Shown here: piece after piece, positions 1 to 7,422 of the stretch | How positions within the stretch are numbered: position 1 is the first letter of the stretch | How the letters are laid out: each line of letters opens with the position of its first letter | Virus record (IMG/VR): IMGVR_UViG_3300036766_000194 | Span: 235,876 to 299,875 of that record | DNA: 64,000 bases | Strand: one strand, 5' to 3' | Made by a program: the position numbers and the translations under genes | The notes under the pieces: generated by a model | Told to the model about the DNA's origin: nothing | The model's input: the letters and a program-made list of their open reading frames with translations, nothing else | Databases searched by the model: none

Positions 1-83
1 CATAGCTCCTTTGTGTAAAAACCAAGCCTTAGCCATTATTGACCTCTATAGTGGAGTGGAAATTAACTCAACTGAGGAAGAAT
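1..83. repeat. 83-bp direct repeat, copy 1 (copy 2 at 630-712); may extend left of the window
   Basis: catagctcctttgtgtaaaaacc...actgaggaagaat is identical at 1-83 and 630-712. It contains a minus-strand gene start (MAKAWFLHKGAM) and its upstream region. Confidence 0.95.
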
Positions 84-98
84 GATTTGTAGTCCAAC

Positions 99-362
99 TT
101 ACGAAATCCCGTTTCTAGAATTTCGTAATCCCAAGTAACTAATAATATCACCATTCACCAAGCTCCGTGTATAAGGAGCAAGTTGAACTTCGTTCTGACC
201 GTATTCCCAAACCAAATGGAGAATTCGAGAGTCAAACTCATCATGATCACGACTCTGAATCCCACGAAGAAGTTCGACATCCTTATCTGGAATTTCGACT
301 ATGCGAAAGTAGTTCAAACTATCCCCTTGATACATTCCTCGAAGTTCAACTGGAATTCTCAT
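99..362 (-). CDS. hypothetical protein (87 aa)
   Basis: ORF whose ATG overlaps a TGA (ATGA at 362-359) of the ancestral upstream frame; no recognised motif. Confidence 0.5.
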   Translation of the reverse strand: MRIPVELRGMYQGDSLNYFRIVEIPDKDVELLRGIQSRDHDEFDSRILHLVWEYGQNEVQLAPYTRSLVNGDIISYLGLRNSRNGIS

Positions 363-372
363 TCAAAGTCTC

Positions 373-499
373 CTTGATAAGGAGTCGCAGCACGTTCATC
401 AAGAATTCGTCGGTACGCCAAATTCCAATCAGTATGCTTGATAAGGCCTCGCAGCATTTTCATCAAGAATTCGTCGGTACGCCAAATTCCAATCAGTAT
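373..499. repeat. imperfect tandem duplication, 63-bp unit with 64-bp period
   Basis: 373-435 and 437-499 differ at 4 positions. Both encode TDWNLAYRRILDExAAxPYQ on the minus strand. Confidence 0.95.
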
Positions 500-665
500 A
501 CTGACCAAGTTCCTCGAAAGTAGTGACGGAACCGTCATCACCGACCCAACGAGTCGGCATACGACCAACAGAAGCAGCAACATATCCGTCGTTGCGACGC
601 CAGACATAATAAACGTCAGCATCCCTGTCCATAGCTCCTTTGTGTAAAAACCAAGCCTTAGCCAT
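429..665 (-). CDS. hypothetical protein (78 aa) with duplicated 3' end
   Basis: ATG preceded by GAGG; the N-terminus is duplicated at the window start. Confidence 0.55.
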   Translation of the reverse strand: MAKAWFLHKGAMDRDADVYYVWRRNDGYVAASVGRMPTRWVGDDGSVTTFEELGQYTDWNLAYRRILDENAARPYQAY

Positions 666-712
666 TATTGACCTCTATAGTGGAGTGGAAATTAACTCAA
701 CTGAGGAAGAAT
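630..712. repeat. 83-bp direct repeat, copy 2
   Basis: Identical to 1-83. Confidence 0.95.
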
Positions 713-729
713 TAAGTACTTATACAATT

Positions 730-1743
730 ATGCAGATTCCTATTCCTCCTTCTGGAGTTATACCTAACCACATTTTTGAAACCTATTGGAATTTTGCCAG
801 TGAGCGTCAACGTGTGTTTTGGAAACGCAAGAATGGTGAACCAGGTCCTTGGAGTGAAGATCCTATTCTGCAAACCTATAAATTTACCAATACTTACCGG
901 GTACTGGATAGAGTCAGCCAGTACCTATTGAGGAATATCATCGTCTATCCGGAGTGTAGCGATTTGGATTGTACAGTCCACTCTTCTCCTGAGAACACAA
1001 TCTTCCGTATTATGTTCTTTAAGCTATTCAATCGTCCAGAAACTTGGGAAATGCTCAGCAGTGAATTAGGCGAAGAACCCCATATAGATAATTTTAACTT
1101 TACCATCTACGATGAAACTCTTACATCTGCTCAAGATCGTGGAGAGAAAATTTATTCCAACGCATACATGATGACAGCTGCGGGTAGTAACGGGGATCGT
1201 CGTCACCGGATGTATTTGCGATTGTATGAAAAGATGTTTCATGAGGATAAAATCCAGGACAAGATTTTAGAAGCCACTTCACTAGAGGCTCTCTACAATC
1301 TTATCCGTACATATCGGACCATGGGACCATTCCTCGCGATGCAGTACGCAATTGACCTCAATTATTCTCCGTTCGTAAATTTCTTAGAGACAGACTTCAT
1401 CATAGCCGGACCGGGAGCTAGAAGAGGAATCCTAAAATGTTTTGATAGCATAGGAAACCACAATGAAGCTGATGTTATAAGATGGGTTCAAGAAACTCAA
1501 GATGAACAATTTATGTCGCGAGGGTTAGAATTTAAAAAGATAGGAAATCGTCCTCTACAGTTAATTGATTGCCAGTCGTTATTTTGTGAGGTGGATAAAT
1601 TTACAAGAGCAAGTAACCCTGAAATCCAGGTTGAGACAGGATCCGGGGATGCTCAAAAACGAGCAAGGATTAAACAGAACTTCAAGGAAAACAGTAATAA
1701 GATTGAGTATGTGTTTCCCTCCAAATGGGGAGTTAAGATATGA
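730..1743 (+). CDS. aGPT-Pplase1 / 5-hmdU DNA kinase helical-domain protein (thymidine hypermodification)
   Basis: Motifs YWNFASERQRVFWKR, PWSEDPILQTYKFTNTYRVLDRVSQYL, GPFLAMQYAIDLNYS, AGPGARRG and LIDCQSLFCEVDKF are typical of the family. ATG 730 is preferred because the called TTG at 640 lies inside the 83-bp repeat. Confidence 0.85.
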   Translation: MQIPIPPSGVIPNHIFETYWNFASERQRVFWKRKNGEPGPWSEDPILQTYKFTNTYRVLDRVSQYLLRNIIVYPECSDLDCTVHSSPENTIFRIMFFKLFNRPETWEMLSSELGEEPHIDNFNFTIYDETLTSAQDRGEKIYSNAYMMTAAGSNGDRRHRMYLRLYEKMFHEDKIQDKILEATSLEALYNLIRTYRTMGPFLAMQYAIDLNYSPFVNFLETDFIIAGPGARRGILKCFDSIGNHNEADVIRWVQETQDEQFMSRGLEFKKIGNRPLQLIDCQSLFCEVDKFTRASNPEIQVETGSGDAQKRARIKQNFKENSNKIEYVFPSKWGVKI

Positions 1744-1935
1744 TGACTTTTCTAGCCAGAGTATCTAGAGGACTTGTAGTTATCTTGAACCTTTATAGTG
1801 ACTTTTATAGTGTTATTAGGGTTGACGGTTTGGACTCTTCTAACAAAGCATCCCTACGGATTCTGGATTATTCTAGGAAGTACGGGAGGGTGTTATCTAA
1901 TGGGTTGGGCTGACGAACGCCTAGAATGGTTATGA
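1740..1935 (+). pseudogene. small membrane protein frameshifted by a 13-nt imperfect duplication
   Basis: ATGA-coupled start. Removing 1788-1800 (AACCTTTATAGTG, a near copy of 1801-1812) gives a 60-aa protein with two hydrophobic segments ending just before the next ATG. Confidence 0.55.
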
Positions 1936-1936
1936 A

Positions 1937-2308
1937 ATGATAGACCACAAAAAAGACTGGATTGGCGTGGACTTTGACGGTACACTAGCTTTCTATGACA
2001 AATGGCACGGTCCCACCCATCTGGGAGAGCCTCTACCCGAAATGGTGAGTCGGGTGAAGCAGTGGATAGCGGAAGATAAGAATGTTCGTATATTTACTGC
2101 TCGTTGTTATTCTCCTATTGATGATGCCATTGCTCAACGAGAAGCAGCAATGGCCTTACTTGCTATGCAAGAATGGTGTCTAAAGCATCTTGGTGCTGTA
2201 CTTCCTATCACTTGTGTTAAGGATTATGGTATGACCGAATTTTGGGATGATCGTGCCGTACAGATGGAAAAGAATACCGGAAAACCTATAAAATCGCGAG
2301 GTGAGTGA
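1937..2308 (+). CDS. HAD-superfamily phosphatase (cap-less, polynucleotide-phosphatase-like)
   Basis: GVDFDGTLA (motif I), IFTAR (motif II), K...WDDRA (motifs III/IV). Confidence 0.8.
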   Translation: MIDHKKDWIGVDFDGTLAFYDKWHGPTHLGEPLPEMVSRVKQWIAEDKNVRIFTARCYSPIDDAIAQREAAMALLAMQEWCLKHLGAVLPITCVKDYGMTEFWDDRAVQMEKNTGKPIKSRGE

Positions 2309-2940
2309 GAATGTATCCCCAACGTATTATAATAAATTTGAGGTCTACAAATGGAGGCGGCAAAACTTTTGCCGTCAAAAGTCTAATAAAGTATATGCAG
2401 GGAATTCCTATGTTCAGGGATGGGAAGATCTGGGCATATAACCTACAAAATCGTGTCTTCGTTTTGGGTCGTTATGAAACTCCAACCGGAGGATGTGATG
2501 GTATACGGACTCAAGAAGAAATCTACGCAGGTATTCGTGAATTAGCAAAGCTAGGTAGCGTAGTATTTGAAGGTGTTCTTATATCCTGTATGTATGGGAA
2601 ATATCGGGAGCTAGAAGATGAACTCAAGCCCACCCATAACTGGATCTGGGCTTGTCTTGACACGCCGTTAGAAAAGTGTATTGAACAGACTCTAAAACGT
2701 CGGGCGGAGAAAGGTAATACAAAACCATTTGACCCAGAAAAGAGTCTTACAGGTAAATTCAGAGGAGTCATCACAACGCGAGCAACCTTAGAGAAGGAAG
2801 GTAGAGATGTCCGTACCCTTAACCACCAGTTCACTCTGGCGAGTCTCTTAGACTGGCTAGGAGAACGTCCTCTAATTTACAGGTCTGTAGAACGCAGAGA
2901 AGCTGTTAGTCCCATTGATATTATGGGAGAGGTAAAATGA
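2305..2940 (+). CDS. P-loop nucleotide/DNA kinase (5-hmdU DNA kinase-like)
   Basis: IINLRSTNGGGKT Walker A variant, VLGRYETPTGGCDGI, VVFEG, LDTPLEKCIE..RR; adjacent to the aGPT-Pplase1 gene. Confidence 0.75.
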   Translation: MRMYPQRIIINLRSTNGGGKTFAVKSLIKYMQGIPMFRDGKIWAYNLQNRVFVLGRYETPTGGCDGIRTQEEIYAGIRELAKLGSVVFEGVLISCMYGKYRELEDELKPTHNWIWACLDTPLEKCIEQTLKRRAEKGNTKPFDPEKSLTGKFRGVITTRATLEKEGRDVRTLNHQFTLASLLDWLGERPLIYRSVERREAVSPIDIMGEVK

Positions 2941-3055
2941 GAGTGATTAAGGAAACATTCGACACTAAATAGCTGCTTATGGCGTTAGACGACATATTGC
3001 TCTTCTTCCAACGTTTTCAAAGTCTTTACAGAAATCTTCCTATAAAGTCCCGACA

Positions 3056-3637
3056 TTACTGCACCAACTCGGGATGACGATACCCCGCCACCGTGAGAAC
3101 CTTGGTAGCATAATCATCCCCGCTAATAGTTCCGTCGTCAGTTCCCATTCCCAGATAGTGATGAAGTCCACCGCGCAATCCGTGAAGTCTTTTGTAAGAA
3201 GATAGAATCTTCGTTCCTTCTTCAATTCCGCGTTCAGGGTCCATAAGATCTTCACAAGGGATGTTCCAAACTCTACTGTTAACCTGCATGTATCCGCAAG
3301 AATAACGCTTAGAAGACGCCTGAGAATGACAACTTGACTCCACAAAAATGAGAGCAGACAATACTCTTGCCGGGATGTTGTGATCAACGGCCTTACGAGC
3401 CGTAATATAGATCAGATCCTCGTCTTCACAGCCATTAGCCGCATAAATATGACGAGAAACATCTTCAGCCATATGATATTTCTTCTGAAGTTTTTCCTGA
3501 GAAATTTGATTGATTATATCCTCAGGGGAGAAAGCCTTAACACGGAGGGGTTGGGGAACTTGAAACTCAGCGGTGATAAAGGACCCTGCTGTAGCTGAGA
3601 AAACTATAATTGAAGTTACAATAACCAATATTCTCAT
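3056..3637 (-). CDS. SLT-family lytic transglycosylase with N-terminal signal/anchor
   Basis: ALIFVESS (catalytic Glu), GYMQV, L.DPE..IE.G..IL, DYATKVL; hydrophobic N-terminus. Confidence 0.85.
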   Translation of the reverse strand: MRILVIVTSIIVFSATAGSFITAEFQVPQPLRVKAFSPEDIINQISQEKLQKKYHMAEDVSRHIYAANGCEDEDLIYITARKAVDHNIPARVLSALIFVESSCHSQASSKRYSCGYMQVNSRVWNIPCEDLMDPERGIEEGTKILSSYKRLHGLRGGLHHYLGMGTDDGTISGDDYATKVLTVAGYRHPELVQ

Positions 3638-3699
3638 ACAGGTATTCTACTGTAGAAAGCAGACTTCGGTTAGTTTGTAAACCTATGTAGATACTGTAG

Positions 3700-3939
3700 T
3701 TACTTGCTTAATTCAGCCTTCAAAGCATCGTGACTCTGGCCCTTATTAACTTTTCCATCAATAATGTGTTTCCAATTATCTCCCGGTCCAGTCCATACTT
3801 CTTCATTTCCTCTAGTGTAGTGATCCCATCCAGAAGGTTCAGCATGTTGGAATTCAAAACCTAAAGGAGTGAGCAACGCCATATCTTCATCACGATCGCG
3901 AGCATCAGCCCAACGGAATAAACGGGAAGTAAGTCTCAT
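3700..3939 (-). CDS. hypothetical protein (79 aa from ATG 3939; frame open back to a TGA at 4050-4048)
   Basis: GAGG RBS before MRLTSRLFRWA. Confidence 0.6.
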   Translation of the reverse strand: MRLTSRLFRWADARDRDEDMALLTPLGFEFQHAEPSGWDHYTRGNEEVWTGPGDNWKHIIDGKVNKGQSHDALKAELSK

Positions 3940-4097
3940 GGGTGCCTCTATAATGAAAGCGAAAAATTGGTGCCTGCAATAACGAATTTTCGAACGAATA
4001 GAGTATTCATAGATAGACGGACGCTCTGTTCGGCGCAACCCGTCAAATCACAAAAACCAAAAATATTCTTTTTGTTTTTCAGTCATAGTCTCACCTT

Positions 4098-4171
4098 TGG
4101 AACGCCCGACGAGACTTGTACCCGCAACCTTCCCTTTTGAAGAGGGCTGCTCTACATTGAGCTACGGGCGT
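4098..4171 (-). tRNA. tRNA with UCA anticodon (putative opal suppressor; not tRNA-Sec)
   Basis: ACGCCCG-TA-GCTC-AATGTA-GAGC-A-GCCCT-CTTCAAA-AGGGA-AGGTT-GCGGG-TACAAGT-CTCGT-CGGGCGT-T-CCA. It has a 7-bp acceptor stem, a 5-nt variable loop and an encoded CCA. The T-loop (TAC) and D-loop are non-canonical. Confidence 0.8.
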
Positions 4172-4389
4172 GTAGTTTTACCAAGATTCATATTCCGTTA
4201 CGTCTAAACTATCGTTACACTTGTTACAGCGGACTACAGTGTTTGGTCCAATTCCACTTGCCCCGCTCTGCGCTACAGTAATATTCTCTCCCTCACAATC
4301 AAACTGGTGGGTAAGAGGGATAAATGGTCACGTTACCACTTCATGAGATCTGAACTTATAAAGATAGCAGGTTGGTTACAGGAACACCA

Positions 4390-4533
4390 TTACGAGAGAA
4401 ATAGGATCAATTCGTATGAGCATTCCAGCAAAAGTAAATTGATAGATGCTTGTTTAAGAATTTCGTTAACAGCAAGTTGTAAATCAAGAGGTAACGGCGT
4501 TAATTGCCGTAACTCATCATCCAGAGATGACAT
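4390..4533 (-). CDS. small hypothetical protein (47 aa, MSSLDDELRQ...)
   Basis: AAGGAG RBS right after the upstream gene; below the ORF-track cutoff. Confidence 0.35.
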   Translation of the reverse strand: MSSLDDELRQLTPLPLDLQLAVNEILKQASINLLLLECSYELILFLS

Positions 4534-4551
4534 TGTAACTCTCCTTAAAGA

Positions 4552-5190
4552 CTAGAACGACAAAATCCAACTAAAAATTAAATTGACTCCAGGCGGTAGT
4601 AAAAGAGGGGGTAGGGTCTTATAATTTATTAGAGTAACTGAATTAGGACTCGGTCCTCCCCCATATGAAATGTCAGCGGGGTTCCAATAAGGAGCCGTAA
4701 GCATGTTGGTGGGAGTCTGCTTAGATCCTCCTCCAATTAAGCCCATTTCTCTTATTCCCACACCTGTGATGTTATCTGTGGTTGCGTTAACAAGTGTTTG
4801 AAAATCCACAAGATTGGTAAACTTTGTAACCGGAGTAAAATTTATATTGTCTGTGGTCGTAACGAAATTTACAGTACTAAGCTGCTTACGCAATACCTGA
4901 GCGATGAGAGCCGTCTGACCAGGGGTTTCTGTAGGCTGGGTATCAGGACTCCAGGTGGGATCTCCAGTTCCTAGAGCCAGTCCCCAAACCGCATAGAGAC
5001 AATCGCTTGATAGAACATTCGGTCCCGAAATGAGAGCCGTATTGGGGAGGTTATTCGCCATGAGTCTAGCAAACAAACTCTTAACTGTGTTGACTATAAC
5101 ATTGGGACTCTGCCACAGAATTTCTCCCGTATCTTGACGAATGATACGCGGTAGCCCCTTTACAACTGTGTTTTCGACATGCTCTAGCAT
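4552..5190 (-). CDS. baseplate/tail-fibre attachment protein (tail-collar-like)
   Basis: NVIVN...LALGTG...QTAL...IREMGLIGG...LINYKT pattern seen in myovirus fibre-proximal proteins; lies after the wedge genes. Confidence 0.55.
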   Translation of the reverse strand: MLEHVENTVVKGLPRIIRQDTGEILWQSPNVIVNTVKSLFARLMANNLPNTALISGPNVLSSDCLYAVWGLALGTGDPTWSPDTQPTETPGQTALIAQVLRKQLSTVNFVTTTDNINFTPVTKFTNLVDFQTLVNATTDNITGVGIREMGLIGGGSKQTPTNMLTAPYWNPADISYGGGPSPNSVTLINYKTLPPLLLPPGVNLIFSWILSF

Positions 5191-5214
5191 AGTGCTCCTC
5201 TAAAATAATACCTT

Positions 5215-6180
5215 TTAGTCATTCCAAATAGTTATATTGGCTTTACAGTTAAGACATCGACCTATCCAGTGGGTTATGTTTTCTCCCCCTTGAGATCTTG
5301 GAAGAAAGTTCAGCCGTACTGGTGGCATGGGTCCGTTACATCCAGGGCATTTCTTTCCTCGTTCTCCAGAGTGTTGAAGATCTGAAGCGTCGGCTGAATA
5401 AGCGTTTCTTCCTTCTACATACCAAAGAGTTCCAACATCAGCAGTTTTATTTTCACCACATTTGCATCCTGGAGGACATTTGCAATTTGCGCCGCATTTG
5501 CAGTTGGGACCGCAATGACAGCTTGAACTGGCCTGAATCTTCTGTAGCAATCTACTTTTCCACTGTTGTTCCACGGGAAGTACTCCTGTCGGTTTACCCA
5601 TCTGGTCATACACAATTACATATAACGGTTTGGGTTGGGTTTTCAATTGTCTATTTCTATACATCTGGATGACCCGCTGAGCATCATTTATAGTCGGCTT
5701 GATCGGTATTGCTTTAGCAAACTCTATTTTACGGACCTGTGGAGCACGTTGTATATATGTTGCCGAGGTTATCACCCGTTCTTGTGTCTCTTGAACAAAC
5801 GTCTGGGGAAGTTTAAACAACCCCCTATAAGTTTGTAGAGTGGGATCGTGTCCTACGTCAGGTGTACTTGCCTGGGTTGAATTTTCCATAGACAAACCAG
5901 CAAAACAATTTAAAGCACGCGCATAAATGTCTGTGATAACATCTTTGTCATAGCGCAAACTAAGCATAAAAGTAGCGACTTCGTCAAGAAGAACTCCTAG
6001 AGCTTCTTGCGTAACCGTAACCATATTCTTTGGTTCGTCCACAACAAGTGGGAATTTTAAGGAGAATCTTGTGAAGTTGGGTATTCCTAAATCTAATTCT
6101 ATAACGACACAAGGGGTAGCATCACGGATAATCGTGATTTCTAATTCTCCAGCAACAGGCGAAATGTAGGAAATCTTCAT
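5215..6180 (-). CDS. hypothetical virion-module protein with metallothionein-like Cys cluster and Zn ribbon
   Basis: CHCGPNCKCGANCKCPPGCKCG and CPGC...CLNC. Confidence 0.65.
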   Translation of the reverse strand: MKISYISPVAGELEITIIRDATPCVVIELDLGIPNFTRFSLKFPLVVDEPKNMVTVTQEALGVLLDEVATFMLSLRYDKDVITDIYARALNCFAGLSMENSTQASTPDVGHDPTLQTYRGLFKLPQTFVQETQERVITSATYIQRAPQVRKIEFAKAIPIKPTINDAQRVIQMYRNRQLKTQPKPLYVIVYDQMGKPTGVLPVEQQWKSRLLQKIQASSSCHCGPNCKCGANCKCPPGCKCGENKTADVGTLWYVEGRNAYSADASDLQHSGERGKKCPGCNGPMPPVRLNFLPRSQGGENITHWIGRCLNCKANITIWND

Positions 6181-6183
6181 ATA

Positions 6184-7419
6184 CTATACCATCAAAAATC
6201 CGTTAAATATATCACCGCCGGAAATCTCCCATGCTTGATTGATACGTGGCGCAAGAACACCTGGTGGAACACCTCTATTAGTCCACACCACCGTACCATC
6301 GGTTGTTGTTCCGTCTACACTAGAAGAGAAAGCAAAGGCAGAAGTGTTAGTCCAGGTGATGTGGTTATCTACAACAGTTCCCGATAAGATACGACTGAAA
6401 GTTGGGACTCCTGTTCCCGATTTCTGGTCCCCTGTAACCGCTGTAACTGTCTGAATATTGTTATTCAAATCTCTTATCTTATCTCCAATATTGTAGACGT
6501 GAGAAGAGACCCAATAGGGGTAGGTGGTTCCTGCTGTCGTAACTTGCTGCACAAAACCATTTAAATCTAAGATTGAATCTCCTATGGCGGGACTTCCGGT
6601 AAATCCGTAAGCCTGACCACGGTTGTAGTAGGAGTTAATGGGCCAACCTGACACCATAGCTAATCCAGTATGAGGGGTGGTTGGTAGAAGGTCGGGAACC
6701 AAGAATAATTGAGGAGGAAAAGTATCTCCTTCAATTTGACGAACAAAAATGCGTAAAGTATCCTGTATGCTTAGGATGAAAGCATCAATGTCTTCACCCG
6801 AACCGAACACAGTGGCTAGATTTAGTCCCACATGGGCTGGTTTAGCTAAGTTTATAGCCCCTGATAAAGTCTGTGTTATAGCTTGAAGTTGATTTAAATC
6901 TGAAATACTATTTAAAGATCCTCCAACACTTATGCTTACGTTAAGACTGTTACGATCTGACTGATCATAAAACTGACCAATTAGCTTATACAGTTCTACT
7001 ATCTTGATATTGAGTCCTGTGTATGCTGAGATCACCCTTTCTATCCCGTCTACCTTGGACCCTTCCAAATAAGCCTGTATTAACTGAACTAACATAGTAC
7101 GATAAGCTATGTCAGACTGAGTGTCTTGAGGATAGATACGACTGATAGATAAGGGTTCTGACCAACGACGACGAATATCCGGAGGAGTAAGGTAACTTGG
7201 GTTTTTGTTTACCTGATCGTAGGCATAATTGTATTCCAATTGAGCCAATTCTATAGCCACAGCACGGAGAATCTCTCCCCATATACTTTGGTCATTTCTA
7301 GGTGTGTAGTAATTAGCAGTGGCTTGTAACAACGAGTTCATTAGAGCATCTTCATATTGAAGAAGATCTTCTCGTGTTCTTATGTAAAGATTATCTGCTT
7401 GTTGGGTAGGTACGCTCAT
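6184..7419 (-). CDS. baseplate wedge protein (P2 gpI-like) with Trp-containing carbohydrate-binding-like repeats
   Basis: SDIAYRTML..LIQAYLEGS...I...INLAKPAH; follows the gpJ-like gene. Confidence 0.65.
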   Translation of the reverse strand: MSVPTQQADNLYIRTREDLLQYEDALMNSLLQATANYYTPRNDQSIWGEILRAVAIELAQLEYNYAYDQVNKNPSYLTPPDIRRRWSEPLSISRIYPQDTQSDIAYRTMLVQLIQAYLEGSKVDGIERVISAYTGLNIKIVELYKLIGQFYDQSDRNSLNVSISVGGSLNSISDLNQLQAITQTLSGAINLAKPAHVGLNLATVFGSGEDIDAFILSIQDTLRIFVRQIEGDTFPPQLFLVPDLLPTTPHTGLAMVSGWPINSYYNRGQAYGFTGSPAIGDSILDLNGFVQQVTTAGTTYPYWVSSHVYNIGDKIRDLNNNIQTVTAVTGDQKSGTGVPTFSRILSGTVVDNHITWTNTSAFAFSSSVDGTTTDGTVVWTNRGVPPGVLAPRINQAWEISGGDIFNGFLMV

Positions 7420-7422
7420 GAA

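Noticed and set aside
373-499. DGR template/variable repeat pair
   Set aside because: Only 2 of the 4 differences are at adenines (minus strand AA>CG; the others GG>CT), the copies are directly adjacent, and there is no reverse transcriptase in the window.
640-729. N-terminal extension of the aGPT-Pplase1 ORF from TTG 640
   Set aside because: It lies in the 83-bp repeat and overlaps the divergent gene start; ATG 730 is more plausible.
2937-3077. ATGA-coupled ORF MRVIKETFDTK*LLMALDD... with an in-frame TAG
   Set aside because: Short, with no recognisable family; possibly a gene remnant, and no amber suppressor was seen.
4098-4171. Selenocysteine tRNA (selC)
   Set aside because: It lacks the long variable arm and the 8-bp acceptor stem.
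4307-4555. Plus-strand 82-aa ORF
   Set aside because: No RBS, and it is antisense to a minus-strand ORF with a good RBS.
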